Assembly: GCA_026396275.1 (NCBI GenBank)
Contig: JAPLXC010000007.1
Location: 37,084 to 101,083, forward strand
Length of the DNA: 64,000 bases
Origin: Candidatus Moraniibacteriota bacterium
GTDB lineage: Bacteria > Patescibacteriota > Minisyncoccia > Moranbacterales > JAPLXC01
Direction: 5' to 3'
Shown here: in pieces, positions 19,845 through 28,514 of the stretch
How positions within the stretch are numbered: the first letter of the stretch is position 1
Layout: each line of letters begins with the position of its first letter
Translations under genes and position numbers: made by a program
The notes under the pieces: generated by a model
What the model was told of the DNA's origin: nothing
Seen by the model: the letters and a program-made list of their open reading frames with translations, nothing else
Database searches by the model: none

Positions 19845-19870
19845 CCTTAAATTCTCAAGTATTTAAGGAT
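19843..19870. promoter_or_regulatory. 28-bp inverted repeat (copy 2) overlapping ArsR start region: candidate autoregulatory operator
   Basis: Identical to 19507..19534. Confidence 0.6.
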
Positions 19871-20062
19871 AGTTTAGTAGTTAGGTGTTTCTTGAAAACT
19901 CCTATTCAACCCAATCCCAATGCCCAAAGGCAAAATCAAAACTCCGGCAAGGATGATTATAGATTTTTTGGAGATGAACATGAACGAAATTTATTTATTA
20001 TATTTGTGCCAGCGACTTGTCCCGAGTTTATTGAGGGAAGCTGGCGCGCCGCTTTCATATTT

Positions 20063-20434
20063 CTAATTTATCACGCCTCTGCAATTTTTACTGCCGCATT
20101 TGCATTTAAAAGAAACCAAACTACCTTTTCCGTAATCAGAAGTTATTTCCTCACCTTTCTTAATGTCTCTAACGGCGACATCGCAATAGTTTTTTACTCG
20201 CGTGTTTGGTTCGCAAGAATGATTAACAAATTTTTCAGGCGATTGCATTAATAAATATTTATTCCTTCCGGCTTTATAAATATAATGTCTTTGGCCATTT
20301 CTTAACTTTTCAATTTCTGATTTTCCCAAAAATTTTGGGGTCCACTTTAAAACAATTTCGCCTTTCTTGAAATTTCTTGCGGCAAATACACCTTTCTTTT
20401 CGATTTTCGACTTTTTTACTATTATGTTTTTCAT
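20063..20434 (-). CDS. SET domain protein (putative protein lysine methyltransferase)
   Basis: FVNHSCEPNT, GEEITSDYG and post-SET CKCGSKNCRG cysteine cluster. Confidence 0.8.
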   Translation of the reverse strand: MKNIIVKKSKIEKKGVFAARNFKKGEIVLKWTPKFLGKSEIEKLRNGQRHYIYKAGRNKYLLMQSPEKFVNHSCEPNTRVKNYCDVAVRDIKKGEEITSDYGKGSLVSFKCKCGSKNCRGVIN

Positions 20435-20584
20435 TCAAAATTTTTGAGATAAGCTTACCCCGCCTGCCCCGTAGGGAAACTTTGTTTCTCCTTTGGGGTA
20501 GTGAGTCCCTGACTCTACTACTGGGATTATACCACCAAAATAAAAACCGGCCTCATTGCGAGAGCCGGTATAGAAACCGCGAGA

Positions 20585-20869
20585 TTAAAATAGTTTTTCC
20601 TGAATATATTTGATTTTAATGGCTTTTTTCTTTCTCTTTTTCGGCGCGTGACTTTTTTGAATTCGCAGATTGTCTGCTTGTTCAATGGTAGTGCCTTTTC
20701 CGTACTTTCTCGCGGCCATCCTTTTGGCATAAGCGATTGCCATATTTTTCGCCGCCGCTGGAAAATAAGCTTCAAAGATTTTGTTGATAAAGAACTGGTC
20801 GGTTATAAGGATTCCGAGCTTATTGTGCGCTTCAAATCTTCCCGAAGCTTTATAATACTCTGTCTTCAC
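20585..20869 (-). CDS. hypothetical basic protein (GTG start, SD ggagaaagg)
   Basis: 94 aa; C-terminal KKRKKKAIKIKY. Confidence 0.35.
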   Translation of the reverse strand: MKTEYYKASGRFEAHNKLGILITDQFFINKIFEAYFPAAAKNMAIAYAKRMAARKYGKGTTIEQADNLRIQKSHAPKKRKKKAIKIKYIQEKLF

Positions 20870-20891
20870 ATCCTTTCTCCTTTCCTTCTGA

Positions 20892-21389
20892 TTAATTTCT
20901 TGAGCGCCACTCGTTTTCTATGGCCTCTATCTTCGCTTTCTCCTCGCCTAAAATTTGCTTCAGCTTGGTAGGATCATTGGAATAAGTCGGACGTCCGGGA
21001 GTGTTCTCCAGAGTAAACACATTGTCATTATTGGCCGGGAAGGAATCAGCTGCTCCGCCGCCAATAAGAGTGGGGATGCGATTAACAATTCTTAAACCGC
21101 ATTCTGTAGCAACTTTTTCCATAAGATGAGACTTTTCCTTAGGAATGCTTATCATAATCCAGATAATCTCCTCCCACTTAAACGCTTTTAATAAAAACTC
21201 GTCGTTGCTGGGCGTACCGGGGATAAAGTAAGTGTATTCAAGCTTTACTGAGCAGAGCATTACTCCCGGGTGCGGCGGCTTAACCATTCCAACATAATGA
21301 ATATACTTTGAATCCCTGACAAATTTTTTGAGGGATTCATAACTTTTCCCATGATCCATCCTGCCATATCTTTCTCTGCTATTTTCCAT
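20892..21389 (-). CDS. hypothetical protein
   Basis: 165 aa; no family recognised. Confidence 0.4.
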   Translation of the reverse strand: MENSRERYGRMDHGKSYESLKKFVRDSKYIHYVGMVKPPHPGVMLCSVKLEYTYFIPGTPSNDEFLLKAFKWEEIIWIMISIPKEKSHLMEKVATECGLRIVNRIPTLIGGGAADSFPANNDNVFTLENTPGRPTYSNDPTKLKQILGEEKAKIEAIENEWRSRN

Positions 21390-21704
21390 TATCTCCTCCT
21401 TTACAATCCCTCAATGTTTATGGTTTATTGTTAATAAAAAGAACTGGTGCTTAATCTTAGCGCAGTTTACCATTTTGTCAAATAAAAACCAGCCGCTTGG
21501 GGCTGATGGGAAGGTAAGCCTGCCCCGAAGTGAGCCCTGCTCTACTTCTGGGGTTTACCCCGTACCGCCTTACTGGTGCGTGGGTAATTTTTATCCGCCT
21601 TTGGCGGAAATTACGTAATTTTCCAGCCGCCGAATTTCGTGCCAGCAAAGCTGCCGCGCCGCCCAAGATTAATGCAATTTCTCCTAATTTTCTTGTTGGC
21701 CAAG

Positions 21705-22556
21705 TCATAGATTATTTTGCCTTACAATTTCATCGATTCTAGCCTTACTTTTTTTTCTTGTTTCATTTATTTCTTCTTCAAGCTTTTTCATTTCAATAGA
21801 TATTTCATTAGTTAAATTATGAGGATATTTAGCCGCTGCTATCAAATGAACGATTTTAGTAAAAATCGGCTTTTCTTTCATTAATATCCTAGTTTTTACA
21901 ACAATCTTTTTATTTTCACTTTCAAGATCTTCCAAGAAAACTTTTAGCTCTGCTACTTTTTTTATTAAAATCTCAATGTTTATTTTATAAGTTTCAAAAT
22001 CAATATGTTTTTGAATAAATGCTTTTTTTATTTCGCTATAAAATCTATTCGTAGAATTAATCGATCCATTCATTTTATCTACGCTTGTTTCAAAAGAAAA
22101 AACTTCGTTGACTAAATCTAAATTCATTAGATCTACGGATATTTCTTCGTCTAAAGCAAATTCATGTAGAACATTAAAATAAACAAATGGCCTGTTATAT
22201 TCTATTGCGTCTTGGGCAATATTAATGAAATCATCAATTATAAAGATGTTGTCGGAGATGACATTCAAATATCGATTGCAAATTCTTTCAATCTTTACAA
22301 GGGCATTGTAATGCTTAACTTGTCTATCATAAATTCTGGTGAGTGCATCTGCAAGTCTTATAAACAAGAAAGCGAAAAACGCCCCCATGAAAGCACTTAT
22401 TGCGCTGTTGATATATCTGATGTCATTAGAAATGAAGATTTTATTAAAAATAAAAAATCCAAAAACAAATATAAATGAACAAATTAAAGTTAAAAGCAAA
22501 AGTGGATATGTTTTTTTAATACATTCTCTTAATTTTTTTGTTGGCCAGTTATTCAT
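21705..22556 (-). CDS. hypothetical membrane protein with cytoplasmic coiled-coil domain
   Basis: Two N-terminal TM helices then long helical/coiled-coil region; very AT-rich; start overlaps stop of RusA-like gene. Confidence 0.5.
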   Translation of the reverse strand: MNNWPTKKLRECIKKTYPLLLLTLICSFIFVFGFFIFNKIFISNDIRYINSAISAFMGAFFAFLFIRLADALTRIYDRQVKHYNALVKIERICNRYLNVISDNIFIIDDFINIAQDAIEYNRPFVYFNVLHEFALDEEISVDLMNLDLVNEVFSFETSVDKMNGSINSTNRFYSEIKKAFIQKHIDFETYKINIEILIKKVAELKVFLEDLESENKKIVVKTRILMKEKPIFTKIVHLIAAAKYPHNLTNEISIEMKKLEEEINETRKKSKARIDEIVRQNNL

Positions 22557-22557
22557 T

Positions 22558-23022
22558 TTATATCAACCTACTAATCTGCGAGGATATTCTTTTAATGATC
22601 TCTTCGTCCAGTATTTTAACAGATATACGAAAAAAACTTTCTTGTGAATTTATTATAAATGCTTTGTGAGTCCAGAGCATTTTAACTTGGGAGTCATCAA
22701 AATAAACAACCCCTTTAAGTGCATCTAGTATACATTTTGCGCGATTATCTAAATCACATTTTTTATATTCAGTACCTGAATTTATACCATGCACTATTGA
22801 GACAAGGACATTTTTATCTGTTGGAAAAATATTTACATTTTTTAATTCTTTTTTAAGATCTTCTTTTAATTCATTCTCGAATTTATGGGTACTAGCTTTT
22901 TCAATCACAATATTCTTTTCTATTTCACCGTCATACTTATAAGCTATGCTTTTAGATGGTACCAAAGTGTTACCTTGAAGATATACTATTTCTGGATTGA
23001 TAATTTCTTTAAGCTTTCTCAT
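22558..23022 (-). CDS. RusA-family crossover junction endodeoxyribonuclease (Holliday junction resolvase)
   Basis: KKCDLDNRAKCILDALKGVVYFDDSQV matches the RusA catalytic core (D-L-D-N ... LDAL ... DD); start set at internal ATG that overlaps upstream stop (aaaTGAtATG). Confidence 0.7.
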   Translation of the reverse strand: MRKLKEIINPEIVYLQGNTLVPSKSIAYKYDGEIEKNIVIEKASTHKFENELKEDLKKELKNVNIFPTDKNVLVSIVHGINSGTEYKKCDLDNRAKCILDALKGVVYFDDSQVKMLWTHKAFIINSQESFFRISVKILDEEIIKRISSQISRLI

Positions 23023-23023
23023 A

Positions 23024-23191
23024 TCATTTTTTCTTTTTCGCCAAAAATTCAACTCTCACGGATTTTGGAATAAATTTTTTTGCTCTAAAACTTACCTCCT
23101 CGCCCTTTCTAGTATAAAAAATAACTTTTACAGGTTTAGAAACTATCTTAGTCGCTTTAAACGAAATATGTTGTCTTGCTTGTTTTGGCAT
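23024..23191 (-). CDS. small basic protein (55 aa) translationally coupled to RusA-like gene
   Basis: MPKQARQHISFKATKIVSKPVKVIFYTRKGEEVSFRAKKF...; stop 1 nt before RusA ATG. Confidence 0.35.
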   Translation of the reverse strand: MPKQARQHISFKATKIVSKPVKVIFYTRKGEEVSFRAKKFIPKSVRVEFLAKKKK

Positions 23192-23349
23192 AAATTTTAT
23201 CTTAATCAAAAATAAATACTATTAATCTCCTTCATAATTTTATCCGTCTCAACCAGCACGCACTCGGCTTAAATTTTTTCTAGATTTCTCCTAAAGTTGT
23301 TTTTTTATTTCTTGTTCATAGAAAATTATATCTTCTTCATTTTCAAGAG

Positions 23350-23514
23350 CCTTTTTCAATTTCTTGAGATTCCTCGCTAAATTCTCCTACATCCTCACCA
23401 AATTCAACTTTTTGGCCATCCTCAATAAAACCATCATTTTTATCTTTCTCTTCTTGTTTTTCAGAATTCTCATCTTCAAGATCATTTTCTTGATCAATTC
23501 TCATATATTTCACA
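23350..23514 (-). CDS. small highly acidic protein (54 aa), unannotated
   Basis: MRIDQENDLEDENSEKQEEKDKNDGFIEDGQKVEFGEDVGEFSEESQEIEKGS; 15 nt downstream of the preceding membrane gene; below ORF-track cutoff. Confidence 0.3.
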
Positions 23515-23528
23515 AAGATATTATTAGC

Positions 23529-24002
23529 TTAGATTGATAAAACTAACAGTACGACACCTGCAATTAGAAAAATAATTGAAAATTTAAACCACAGAGCAAG
23601 TTCTGAAGATATTTTTTCATTATTAGTGATATCTGTTTCTAATTTTTTATTGAATTTCATTACTAATTTTTCATGAGGCCACTCGAAGCTTTTTTCTATT
23701 AGTTCTTTTAATTTTGGTCCTTGACTATATTTTTTTGACCAAATTGAACAAACAGCAAACAACAAAGAGACAGCAACTAGAAAAAAAGATTTTTTTTGAA
23801 AGCCACTAAGACATGAACTCTTACTGATTAGAAATCCCAATAAAGCAACATCTGCCACAATAATCCAATTAAGCTTATTATTAAGATAATCTATGGCTTT
23901 TTGTTGGCTATTGGAAAATTCTACAATTTTTTCATGAACAAAAAGTGTCTTGTGTAGATCGTCTTTGCTATTATTCTCTTTTTCTTCATTGTTATCCACC
24001 AT
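23529..24002 (-). CDS. hypothetical membrane protein
   Basis: 157 aa, hydrophilic N-terminus then 3-4 TM helices; AT-rich. Confidence 0.5.
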   Translation of the reverse strand: MVDNNEEKENNSKDDLHKTLFVHEKIVEFSNSQQKAIDYLNNKLNWIIVADVALLGFLISKSSCLSGFQKKSFFLVAVSLLFAVCSIWSKKYSQGPKLKELIEKSFEWPHEKLVMKFNKKLETDITNNEKISSELALWFKFSIIFLIAGVVLLVLSI

Positions 24003-24341
24003 ATTCGTTATTCTTTAAATTTAATCTATTGGCAGTCAGCGCTTATATTTCAAAATTTTAATAACTTTTTGAATCGTCTTTTCCAGATTTTTTTGAATTT
24101 CATGCTCCCGCCGCTGAATTTTCCGCCTGATATACTAATTACAGGCAGGCTGTAAATTTTGCGATAGCAATAAATACAGCCTGGTTGGGATTTATTGAGA
24201 GTGGAATACTGTACAAACCCCGGCGAGGATGATTGAAAGTTTTTTAAAATAAACGCGGGCGAAATTTGGGTTTTTTGGATTATGTAACATATGTAATTTT
24301 TCCATCAAAGTTGTATTTTTAATTTCTCTCTCTCATAATTT

Positions 24342-25622
24342 TTAATAGTCAATGTAAAACTTAGTTATTCCGAACCCCTTGTCGTCATCAAACATACCAA
24401 ACTCCCATGGATGTGATGGGTATACCTGTATATTGTTATCTTTTCGTTCAATAAATTTAAAATCACGGGGTGACTGCATGAGAAAATCTTTCTCTTCGCC
24501 GCCTGATGTAAATTGCCTTTCATAAATCGAAAGGGCATTGCACAACATTGCAAAAAGAAATGAACAGAAAATATTACCTCTCGTAATAACTCCCCTCTCT
24601 TTAAAATCATTAAAATATTTCCTGTCTGACTTATTATCAATTTTGAAATACTTTGCTGCCTCTATGCACAATGTAACTCGGAAATCCGGCTCAAGCCCAT
24701 CATCTACCTGATTTTTGTATATAAGATCGGCTTTCCTGATTATTAACTTCAAAAGTCGCATATTTGTCTCCACTCTTTCTACAAACAATCCTTCAAGAAA
24801 ACTAATTATTTGACTCTTTCTGTTTGCACCGGTCCAAACCAATTTATTATTATCCTGTCTATTGAATGAGCCTGTGAATAAATTATTACGAAAAATTTCA
24901 TCAACGAATTTATCAAGCTTTACCTTTTCAGGTTGAAAAAAGTCGAAATAATCAATGCACTTTAAATACGACTCTAAATTTTTATAGTAGTTCTCATTGG
25001 CTATAGGAACAATAACCACAAACTTTTTCTTAAAGCTGTAGGAGTGCAAAAATTGTTTCAATGTTTCCAGAAAAAACACACCCGCATCTCCTGACCTATC
25101 TATATCTTCAACAATAATAAACAGATTGCTATCAGCTTTTTCTACCTGCTCTTTTAAAATTTTCTGTATCTCATCAACTCTTCTTGCTGGAGACGTTTCG
25201 AAAAAATGATTTATGCCTTCAAGAACTGCAAATCCTGGTATTCTAGAAATAGTTTTAATTAATGTTTTTTTATCCTCATTTTGTGTTCCCTGAATTTTTT
25301 TCTCTGTTTCTGCAAAATCTTTCGGACTTATTTCCTTTGAAAAATCTAAAATAAACCCCTCCCACAAATCTTTCCTGTCTGGATATTTCCAAGCATCAAA
25401 CTCTATCCACTTTTCACCGCTTCCTCGCTCGTTCATAACTCGATTTATCATAGTGCTTTTCCCGCTTCCAAAGGGCCCAACCAAAGCAATGATTGAGGAA
25501 GTGGGAAGGGAATCTATTTTCTTAGCAAAACTGGCAACAATGTCAGAAAAACCTAGTAGATCATTGACCTTGCTATGTTCTTTTAATAATTCGTGATTTT
25601 TTACGAAACCTTGATTAGCCAT
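24342..25622 (-). CDS. KAP family P-loop NTPase
   Basis: LVGPFGSGKSTMINRV Walker A, WKYP, LFIIVEDIDRSGD Walker B-like; 426 aa; candidate sigma70 promoter TTGCAA-17-TAATAT about 35 nt upstream. Confidence 0.7.
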   Translation of the reverse strand: MANQGFVKNHELLKEHSKVNDLLGFSDIVASFAKKIDSLPTSSIIALVGPFGSGKSTMINRVMNERGSGEKWIEFDAWKYPDRKDLWEGFILDFSKEISPKDFAETEKKIQGTQNEDKKTLIKTISRIPGFAVLEGINHFFETSPARRVDEIQKILKEQVEKADSNLFIIVEDIDRSGDAGVFFLETLKQFLHSYSFKKKFVVIVPIANENYYKNLESYLKCIDYFDFFQPEKVKLDKFVDEIFRNNLFTGSFNRQDNNKLVWTGANRKSQIISFLEGLFVERVETNMRLLKLIIRKADLIYKNQVDDGLEPDFRVTLCIEAAKYFKIDNKSDRKYFNDFKERGVITRGNIFCSFLFAMLCNALSIYERQFTSGGEEKDFLMQSPRDFKFIERKDNNIQVYPSHPWEFGMFDDDKGFGITKFYIDY

Positions 25623-25745
25623 ATGATTCTATTAAACTCCCATCTCTCCGCTCATTAACTTTGGCAAAAGCAAATTGCAGAGAAATCATATCTTATATTA
25701 ATATCCACAGGGCATATTTGCAAGTATGGTATAATTAATTTAGGA

Positions 25746-25788
25746 AGAGGGCGAATATCTATCTTTTGGATAAAATATTCGCCCCTCT
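25746..25788 (-). terminator. strong hairpin terminator (13-bp perfect stem) downstream of 25790..26107
   Basis: agagggcgaatat ctatcttttggataaa atattcgcccctct. Confidence 0.55.
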
Positions 25789-25789
25789 T

Positions 25790-26107
25790 TTACTTAATCC
25801 CGCATGGGGGATTCTTCTTATTTCGGATGTCTTTTTCAATCTTCAATCGATCTTCTAGAGAATACTTATCGGTTGGCATCCATTTAACTGCGACAGAATA
25901 ACCACCGTGTTTATCCCAACATGGTTTTCTTTCATGTGTCAGCAACCTCGTTCCCGTTTCACCGGATTGTCCAACATCAATAACTGAGTATATCACATTG
26001 AGGATTACGTAAATTGCAGCTCTATCAATCTTAATCTTACCAATTTTATAAGGTCCATCGAAATTATAACCTGCGATTGTAACCATTGGACTTAATTTTC
26101 TAGCCAA
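25790..26107 (-). CDS. hypothetical protein, possible GIY-YIG-like nuclease fold
   Basis: AAIYVILNVIYSVIDVGQSGETGTRLLTHE resembles GIY...YIG...R..H pattern; weak. Confidence 0.35.
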   Translation of the reverse strand: MARKLSPMVTIAGYNFDGPYKIGKIKIDRAAIYVILNVIYSVIDVGQSGETGTRLLTHERKPCWDKHGGYSVAVKWMPTDKYSLEDRLKIEKDIRNKKNPPCGIK

Positions 26108-26238
26108 CTTTTCGGCTGGATTAATAATTATTTAAACCTTAGGGAAATACCGACCTATTTCCCATAGGCACCTGTGGATAACTTGACCTTGTTTAGGTTT
26201 TCTTTAGGTATTATAATATAAGTAGTAAAAAAGTCAAT

Positions 26239-27771
26239 ATGATCTCAAAAAGATTATCAAAAAAACAAAAGGAAGTTCTTGATTTTATTACCGCTTTTCA
26301 ACAAAAGCGCGAGTATTCCCCTTCCCTAGAAGAAATCGCTAAACATTTCAATATTGCAATTCCCACTGCTCACCAACATGTGCAGGTATTAAAAAGAAAA
26401 GGATTTATAAGCGCAAGAAAGGGGGAAAAACGATCTATCTCAGTAAAAGAAAAAGCTTCAATGGTACAAGTCCCGCTGCTTGGTGTTATTACTGCTGGCC
26501 AGCCGATTGAAGCGATAGAAAATAAAGAGACAATTGCTGTACCACAAAATAAACTCTCCCATTCCGGAGAATTTTATGCTTTACGAGTTTTGGGCAATAG
26601 CATGATTGATGAAAATATAAAAGACGGCGATATTGTTTTAGTAAAAAAACAAGAAGTTGCAGAAAATGGACAAAAAGTCGTTGCTTTAATTGATAACTAT
26701 GAAGCAACACTGAAAAAATTTTATAAGGAAAGAGGACACATTCGGTTGCAACCAGCTAATAAGAACATTGAACCAATAATTATAAAAAGGGATAGAGAAC
26801 TAACTATTCAGGGCATTGTAATAGATGTAATTAAAAATGAAGAGGAATTGCAAGCGGAAGAAATTTTAACTGCAGGAAAGGTTAAAAGACACTTAAAACT
26901 TCCTCTTAATAAAATTATTTTAGGAGACGCTGTTAGAGAATTAAGAAAATTACCGGATGAAAGTTGCGATATTATTATTATCGACCCGCCTTATAATATC
27001 GGAAAGGATTTCGGAAATAATATTGATAAAAGAGAATTAAGCGAATATATTGAATGGAGCAAAAAATGGATTAATGAATCTATAAGAGTAATGAAATCAA
27101 CTGGTACAATGTTTATTTACGGATTTAGTGAAATTTTAGCGTACTTGTCAGTTGAAATTCCTATAAATAAGCGATGGCTCATTTGGCACTATACTAACAA
27201 AAATGTTGCATCTTTAAATTTTTGGCAAAGAAGCCACGAAGCAATTATTTGCGCCTGGAAAGAAAAACCAATTTTCAACCGGGACGAAGTGAGAGAGCCA
27301 TATACTGAAGGATTTCTAAACGGCGCCGCTGGAAAAGTACGTAAAGGAACTATGGGAAGATTCAGCCGAGGTGGACAAGAAACTGTTTATAATGCACACG
27401 AAGGTGGCGCGTTACCAAGAGACGTTATAAAAATACCCGCTCTAGCAGGAGGAGCGGGAATGGTTGAAAGGTGGTTTTTATGCAAAACATGCAATGACGT
27501 TTTTGAGCCACGTGAATTAAAAAAACACCAAAATCATGAGATTATAAAACATCCGACACAAAAACCCTTGGAACTTTCAAAAAAACTTATAAAATCAGCC
27601 TCCTCAAGCAAAGAAGGCGTTATTTTGGTACCATTCGTCGGCAGCGGTTCAGAATGCGTCGCAGCCAAAGAACTTGGTAAAAATTATCTTGGTTTTGAAT
27701 TAAACCCAGATTATGTAAAGTTGGCCGAAGAGTGGTTAAAATCTACAAAGACTGCTCCTAAGTTATTTTAA
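26239..27771 (+). CDS. LexA-like repressor (wHTH + S24 peptidase) fused to N6/N4 DNA methyltransferase (beta class, DPPY then FxGxG)
   Basis: N-term: KQKEVLDFI...VPLLGVITAGQP (Ala-Gly site), GNSM catalytic Ser, VVALIDNYEATLKKF catalytic Lys; C-term: IIIDPPYNIGKDF (motif IV) and VPFVGSGSECVAAKELGKNYLGFEL (motif I). Confidence 0.85.
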   Translation: MISKRLSKKQKEVLDFITAFQQKREYSPSLEEIAKHFNIAIPTAHQHVQVLKRKGFISARKGEKRSISVKEKASMVQVPLLGVITAGQPIEAIENKETIAVPQNKLSHSGEFYALRVLGNSMIDENIKDGDIVLVKKQEVAENGQKVVALIDNYEATLKKFYKERGHIRLQPANKNIEPIIIKRDRELTIQGIVIDVIKNEEELQAEEILTAGKVKRHLKLPLNKIILGDAVRELRKLPDESCDIIIIDPPYNIGKDFGNNIDKRELSEYIEWSKKWINESIRVMKSTGTMFIYGFSEILAYLSVEIPINKRWLIWHYTNKNVASLNFWQRSHEAIICAWKEKPIFNRDEVREPYTEGFLNGAAGKVRKGTMGRFSRGGQETVYNAHEGGALPRDVIKIPALAGGAGMVERWFLCKTCNDVFEPRELKKHQNHEIIKHPTQKPLELSKKLIKSASSSKEGVILVPFVGSGSECVAAKELGKNYLGFELNPDYVKLAEEWLKSTKTAPKLF

Positions 27772-28470
27772 TTTTGAATCAATTTCTTCTTTCTTTTGTT
27801 CAAAAATGTAGGGCTCAAAAATAACAAAGCCATTCGAGAATACACGAAGCATTTTTGTGTCTAGATAGTTTTTCTTAAAAGTAAGATATGATTTTAAAAA
27901 TCCCGTCCCTCTTTTCTTTTTAGGATGCAAAATGGTTTTAAGATCAGGTACTTCATAGCGGATTGGAATTGTTATGCCCGGAATCGGCTCTTTCGGCTTA
28001 TGACTACGCCCCATTACACCACTATTTGATTTCTTCTTTACATCATAATTAATAACTAATTCCCTATATTGTACCTGAATGTCAGCCCCTTTATGATCAA
28101 GTTCCTCTGACATATTGACCGTATTTTTTCCAAATACTGACTCGGCAACATATCCTGCATGCATTTGAGTAATAAGCCCTGCCCATGTCCTATATATACG
28201 CGCCTCGATTCCTTTCTTAAAACAACTAGGACACATCCCAATTTTCTTTCGAAACTCGCTGAGTTTTTTTCTATTTTCCCTTCTATAAATATCATAGAAG
28301 GCGTTAAAATCAACAAAGTTCTTTTCATCCCAGTAAATTCGATATAACAGCTTAATAGCTTGAATATTCTTTGGCAGATTCATTTCCACTATTTTAATAG
28401 AACTATACTTTTCTCTGTAAGCACTTAGGTTAACTGTTTTCAAAAAATCACTAAATTTTTGTAGATACAT
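27763..28470 (-). CDS. putative restriction endonuclease partner (PD-(D/E)xK-like), convergent and overlapping with methyltransferase gene
   Basis: GADIQVQYRELVINYDVKKK fits D-x(n)-D-x-K; convergent 9-nt overlap with MTase 3' end as in many type II RM pairs; assignment is inferential. Confidence 0.4.
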   Translation of the reverse strand: MYLQKFSDFLKTVNLSAYREKYSSIKIVEMNLPKNIQAIKLLYRIYWDEKNFVDFNAFYDIYRRENRKKLSEFRKKIGMCPSCFKKGIEARIYRTWAGLITQMHAGYVAESVFGKNTVNMSEELDHKGADIQVQYRELVINYDVKKKSNSGVMGRSHKPKEPIPGITIPIRYEVPDLKTILHPKKKRGTGFLKSYLTFKKNYLDTKMLRVFSNGFVIFEPYIFEQKKEEIDSKLK

Positions 28471-28514
28471 ATATTTAACAAATAATTTACTTTTTCCAAT
28501 CTTTTAAATATTTC

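Noticed and set aside
19892-20251. 119-aa plus-strand ORF overlapping the SET-domain gene
   Set aside because: The opposite-strand SET-domain ORF has unmistakable catalytic motifs; the plus ORF has none and no SD.
21478-21742. 76-aa (minus) and 70-aa (plus) ORFs across the GC-rich repeat islet
   Set aside because: They arise from GC-rich repeat fragments (ccgcctttggcggaaa, ctacttctgggg) that are reduced in stop codons; Ala/Arg/Pro-rich translations; better explained as non-coding repeat DNA.
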